A stretch of 59,628 nucleotides of DNA, the filler included, from Sluysia triapertura (taxonomy: Eukaryota): assembly GCA_046118255.1 (NCBI GenBank). It is 5 parts of 5 records of this genome, joined end to end, with 100 filler letters (N's around TTAATTAATTAA, not from the genome) between each part and the next. Parts side by side here need not be neighbours in the genome. Positions count along the whole stretch, not along the records: positions 48,293 to 59,628 come from JBJNIA010185879.1; 4 more parts are not named here. The stretch is one strand, 5' to 3'. The notes under the pieces are model-generated. The model worked only from the letters and a program-made list of their open reading frames with translations, was not told the DNA's origin and did no database searches. The translations under genes and the position numbers were made by a program. Shown here piece by piece: positions 54,464 through 59,628 of this stretch (position 1 is its first letter; each line of letters begins with the position of its first letter).

Positions 54464-57400
54464 CACGAAACGAGTTTAGATGGTTCCCGCTTAAGATGTG
54501 CTAAATCATTTATTTTAAACAAAAATTCGAAAAATATTCGTTTTTATGATGACTAATCTAATTAAATTTATAATTGGAATTATAATTAATAACCACCATA
54601 ATTAATAATTATAATTAATAGAGTATTCAAATAGCATTTTCTAGAATTTCTGTGATTTGGTGTTTCTGATATAACGGATATCGCCAAAATGTATCAATGA
54701 TTCTATTTGAATAATATCATCAAAAATTGCAGAAAATGTTGTCACTAGTTGGTGTTTTCAATTTTTTCGAATAAAAAATAATTAAATATCAATTAAAAAT
54801 TTATTCATCAAAAATAGAATCATTATTTAATTGCAATCCAGCCATTTTTGGTATAATACCCATTAATACGCCGAAATATTGAACGAAAATTCCTGTAGAG
54901 TGTTAATCTATCATAGTGATACTATTTGGCGTCATACATTAAGTGTTACAAAATTTTAATGAAGAAAAACAAAGTCATACATTTCAGATTTAATAAAATA
55001 AAGATAAAATAATTTGCGAACTTTTTTTCTAAAGAAACAGAGAAATCTTTGAAAGTGACGTAACAGAAAAATTCATTTCCTAAGATATATATGCGGATAA
55101 GCCTTTCTGGACCAGAAGAATTTTTCGATTAAACAATTTGGTTTATTTGAATTTACCCAGTAATAATAAATGTGTATTTGTAGTTTAATACATGATCTGA
55201 TTTATTATTATAAAATTCCAGATCTAATTTAATTGAGAGATACAAATACCGAGAGCCATCCAGAATGATTACAGTAAAAGTTAGTTTATTTTCTTATATT
55301 TATTAATCAGCCATTTAAAATGACTTACTGCAGATATATCTATTTGAAACATATTTAACCAAACATAGGTCATATTCTGCACTCATAACGATATGACTCC
55401 ATTTAATAGAAACTATTCCATATTTCTTAAATTGACCCAGTTTCGAGTCCAAGATATTCTTGCTTAGCATATCTTTTATCAATAAATAGTATAATTGTTT
55501 TAATTATATAATGCCCTAATTATTTAATAGAAATATTTAAAGATAGTTGATGGAATCGATAAATCACAAAATTGAGAATGAAATTAATTAAAATATTTTA
55601 ATAAATTTAGTTTACTTATAATCATGAATAAATAGTTATTTTTAAAAATAATTCACATTTTTATTTTTGTATTTATTTAGTGTGATAAGTATAATTATGA
55701 AAATTCATGTTTAATTATCGGTGATGCGGCTCATGCAATGGTACCATTCTATGGACAAGGAATGAATTGTGTAAGGTTTTGTTGAATAAATTATTAAAAT
55801 AGATATACTTCTATAAACTTATAAAGAAGATATGTATTAAAAAGGCAAAATACGAAATAATTGTTTAATTTAATAGTCGTAAGAAGATTTAAGGTCAATT
55901 AAATAACACGACCCACCTATTTATTGAACATTTTAGTTCAGATTTTTCGAAAAACTAAATATTATTATTAAAATAAACGTGTCTCTGCGGTCGGGAACAG
56001 AGGTGAAATTTTTTGGGGAGTAATGACGATGAACAAAAATTTAAATAATTTTAATTTTCAAAAATGAAAAAGTCTTGTAAAGAAATGTACAATCACCAAA
56101 TATTCACCTTTAATCAAAAGGCATTACTCTATATTGCAGAAATCGGAATAGTGTAGTCGAATGTATGTGCGGGTATAGTATAAAAATGATAAAATCCGTT
56201 AAAAGTATGGTCTATGAACAGGGTTAAAAGTGAAATTACAAAATTACTAAAATCATGTTGAGGTGATGGAGGTAAAATTTTCCCGGACCTGTGAAGTAGT
56301 TTTAATGATTAAAAGAACTTTTGCCTTAATGTAAATATCAGCTGAATAAAGTATAATCATTTTTAATTTTTTAAGCATTGTCAATAATGACGTTACACAA
56401 AATTATGCTTTTATTCCCTTATTATCTATGTCATCCAATCAAAAATGTTTTCAGTTTAATAACTAAAGTAAATCAAAACTTATGAGGGGCAAAATATGGT
56501 GCAAATAATTATACAAATGAAAAAAGCGTAATCAATTTTTAATCTTATACTTAAATAAATTTATTTTAATCTATATTGAAAAAAATATTCAAAGATTAAT
56601 TTATTTACAAATAACAAGACTTATTATATAATTCTCAATTTAAATCATTTCAAGGTACTGAATATTGTGTTACTAAATCTTTGTGTTCATTAAATAATAT
56701 TTTAAAAATGGCGTATATTTTTACCATAATTTCTTCTAACATTATAAGTTAAATATGATATAGAAAAATTAGAATTCAATTGGAAAATTAGGTCGAAATT
56801 AATTTAATAATATATAATTAATTTATTATTATGTATTGTAATTAATAAATACATAATTTATGAAGGATGGATGTGTACTTAACTTATTTTAATTATTTGC
56901 ATGAATGGAATTTCTGAATGTGAATTGTGTGTATTTTAAATGATTGGATATAATGTTTAATTATGTGAATGAAAAATTATTCAAGTCAAAACAATAAAAT
57001 GGTTATAAATTTATTTAAATAATGTCAAAAAGTCATCCAAAGTGTGCAATTTAATTTCAAAGCATTAATGACAACTGTCAAATCTGACGTTAAAATAATT
57101 ATCTTCAGTGTCGCTGTTTTATTATAATGTAGACGTTATAAGCAGCATATAAGTTGTATAATAAAATAAATGTTTGTTTAAAAGTATTCAAAAAAGTATA
57201 TGTTTAATTTTTTTAAGTGATAAATCCAATAATTCTAAAGTTTTCGATTATTGTATGTGAATTCATTCAAATAAAACCCCTTAATATTGTAAAATGGCTT
57301 CATTCTCTAACACAATTGAAATTTTAATGTAATATAAAAATAAAATAAGCAATAAAAAATTACTACAAGCTTGGATTACACTATTAGCATGGTACTATTT

Positions 57401-57974
57401 GTTAAACTTCGTTATGTACAAAACACAAAAATAAGATTAATGATCAACTATTATTTTCCTCTACATTGCTTAATCTATATTTAAGAAAAATTAGCATATT
57501 ACATAAAAACAATGAACCTCACTTTAGTTTTTCGGATTTAATTGATTTTCGGTTTTTCGTAGCCAATTTTTTAAAAGAAAACATTTAAAGATTTTATTCT
57601 CAAATTCATTTCTAAATTTAATATTTTATAATTGAAAATAAATTAAAATTTGACTTTGCTCAATATTAAGGATTTTCTTAAAATTATGCTTTAAAGTCAT
57701 ATAAAATAATATATATTTTAATTAAGTGTTTTGTTAAATTATGTTTCTAGGGTTTAGAAGATGTTCTTTTATTCCACACGATGCTTAAAGAAAATAATTA
57801 TAATTTTGGTAATTGATTTTCGTATTTTAATGATATTAATTTATTGTTTTTCATATAATTATAGTTATAATTTAATTTTATTTATTGTTAGACGGTGTAT
57901 GTGAAAAGTTTTCTCAAGTCCGGCCAAAGGATGCTCACAGTATGTGTGATTTAGCTTTCTATAACTACGTTGAA
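49529..57974 (+). CDS. KMO: Kynurenine 3-monooxygenase, internal exons 49529-49722, 55222-55279, 55681-55770, 57751-57808, 57892-57974 (5' and 3' exons not located in the window)
   Basis: [31 protein letters not shown]...FPDAVEMIG | [20 protein letters not shown] | CDKYNY...[19 protein letters not shown] | GLED | ..[17 protein letters not shown]. All GT-AG joins are in compatible phases. Confidence 0.92.
51850..53914 (-). mobile_element. TGTGGTGGCCAAC-family element, copy D, with an orphan ORF, antisense in a KMO intron
   Basis: The reverse complement starts TGTGGTGGCCAACCC at 53914, followed by a C/A-rich leader, TGACA and CCAAT motifs at ~53140-53300 (GATTGGGCAGCCACTGA, cf. TTGGCCAACCACTGA at ~9567), and ORFs 52437..52895 and 52280..52540. 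The left boundary is uncertain. Confidence 0.55.
53972..54153. mobile_element. piggyBac-like MITE (182 bp)
   Basis: Perfect 17-bp TIRs CCCTTTGAGTGCCAACA / TGTTGGCACTCAAAGGG with TTAA on both sides. Confidence 0.92.
54411..54463 (+). repeat. (AAT)n microsatellite
   Basis: Direct observation. Confidence 0.95.
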
Positions 57975-59099
57975 GTAAGTCATTGTAATTTCTAAAACTA
58001 CATTATGTGATACTGGACATATATCATTAACATACATTCATTACTTTTCCGTTTACTCAAATTGACTTATTTTGTGCTAAAAATTAACTCAGACTATCAC
58101 CTCAAATTGCTGATAATCATAATTCAATAAAAGAATAAATCTATTTTCTTTGATATAAATCAATAATTTTTTATTAAAAGATTATTTTCATTATTTTTAT
58201 ATTATTATTGCTTCAACATACAGAGACAAATAAGAGAATAATTTAAAGTATTACTCGAAGTTTCGTTTCAAAGTAAAGTATCTGAAAAAATGCAAAGAAG
58301 TTTTATATTCTTTTATGAAAAAGGGTGATAATTTTCGCGGATAAATTATTGAGAAACAAAGAATTTTATTAAATTTGAAAATTTCATATATTAATTCAAA
58401 ATTGAATTAAAAAATAATAATATTTTCATCTAATTACTCTTTCATTTTTTAATATTGAAATAAACGAATTAAATTTAAGTATAAATTGATATTTGAGTAC
58501 GAAAAAGTTGTAATTATATAAATGATAAAGCTTTTTGTATTAGAAGGAAAGAAAGTATAAAAGAAATTGATTGATGAGTTTTTTGGGATTGATTATTTAG
58601 ATCCATCTAACTGATTGTATTATTATCATTCTGACGAATAAGTAGAATATATTTGTCTTCCAGACATTCATAGTCTTTTTCATTTACCAGATTATTGCGT
58701 AATAATCTACTTAATCATTATCAGCTTAATTATCTACTTAATAATTAATAATAATGATTTAAATTCGATTAAAAAACACGGAGCATGTTAAGTAAATTGT
58801 GTTTTTGTTGCTGGATACCTTTATCTTGGAATCATTTACTCTAAGATCACAATATAGTGATCTATAAGGAGAAAGTGTATGATATATAAAATTTAATGAC
58901 ATTTAATCCAACCATCAGGGTTTCCGAATTGAAAACATAAAGGAATGATGCCATGACAAAATACGAACACAGGAAATTCATTAAAATTATACTTACTTTC
59001 TCTATAGCTATATTATTTTGAAAACTTTTAAGCATTCTAAAGTCACTTTCTTTCTTTTTAAGTCATTTAAATAAAATTTAAAATTTTGATTACTTTTTC

Positions 59100-59400
59100 T
59101 GATACAAGTCCCAATTAAAGTAAAAGACCAGCTGATATATAATCCAAGGATATTTCATGATGGTCTCGCCTTCTTTTGCACTGTTGTGTACACCCAAATC
59201 ATTGAATATATATTTACCTTAAAATATATTCAATAATAATTACTTCTACAATTTCATCTTCTTAACAACAATATTTAGATGACAAAATGATCTTTGTAAA
59301 TTAAGGTATGCCTTATGTTCGTCGGAATATATGAAGCCCATTGATTCTTTTTCATCACCAAGTATCTGTTAACAATTTCTACCATTTTTATATTCAGAAT
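59100..59400 (-). mobile_element. Merlin/IS1595(ISXO2)-like transposase remnant
   Basis: Minus strand GFIYSDEHKAYLNLQRSFCHL...NDLGVHN resembles the I.SD.WKAY..L...H...G.HTN pattern. Confidence 0.55.
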
Positions 59401-59570
59401 ATTAATTAAGCAGTATTTAAAACATATGACCTTGTCGGTAATTGTTCATAAATAATTATAATCAACAATATATTATCTGATAATAATATGAAAAATAAAT
59501 ATAATAATCTAATAATAAGATAATAAAAATAAATGATTATAAAATAAAAACTATATAATAAAATTATCGT

Positions 59571-59571
<1 letters not shown>

Positions 59572-59628
<57 letters not shown>
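59572..59628 (+). repeat. (AAT)n microsatellite, running off the window end
   Basis: Direct observation. Confidence 0.95.

Noticed and set aside
41122-57974. Apparent cluster or fusion of aromatic amino-acid metabolism genes (TDC then KMO, same strand)
   Set aside because: They are on separate contigs. TDC lacks its 3' part and KMO its 5' part around the same gap, so true adjacency is unsupported.

Overview
Very AT-rich (my estimate roughly 25% GC), intron-containing eukaryotic DNA, most likely from an invertebrate animal (tyrosine-decarboxylase-type gene, KMO, 35-41 nt mini-introns, abundant (AAT)n). The window is five contigs joined by artificial 100-bp linkers (N44-TTAATTAATTAA-N44), so adjacency across gaps is not reliable. 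Host genes: an intronless ankyrin-repeat gene (-), a partial AK3-type adenylate kinase (+), the 5' part of a group II PLP aromatic amino-acid decarboxylase (TDC-like, +) and the central exons of kynurenine 3-monooxygenase (+). The rest is mostly decayed mobile or viral DNA: a chuvirus-type glycoprotein pseudogene followed by a retropepsin-like remnant, a Gypsy gag with a candidate PBS, Polinton/adintovirus polB and possible capsid remnants, mariner, Tc1-like, pogo, Merlin and LINE fragments, TTAA-flanked MITEs and two tRNA-like copies. The most unusual signal is a dispersed family of elements that start TGTGGTGGCCAAC (broader terminus TGTRGTG), continue with a C/A-skewed leader, a TTA-rich tract and a TGACAG/CCAAT-rich block, and then carry intron-containing, highly diverged ORFs. 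Two such loci share an atypical C-x9-C-x6-C-x3-H zinc finger, and a third has a remnant of it. All family assignments come from manual translation and motif recall; no database search was run.
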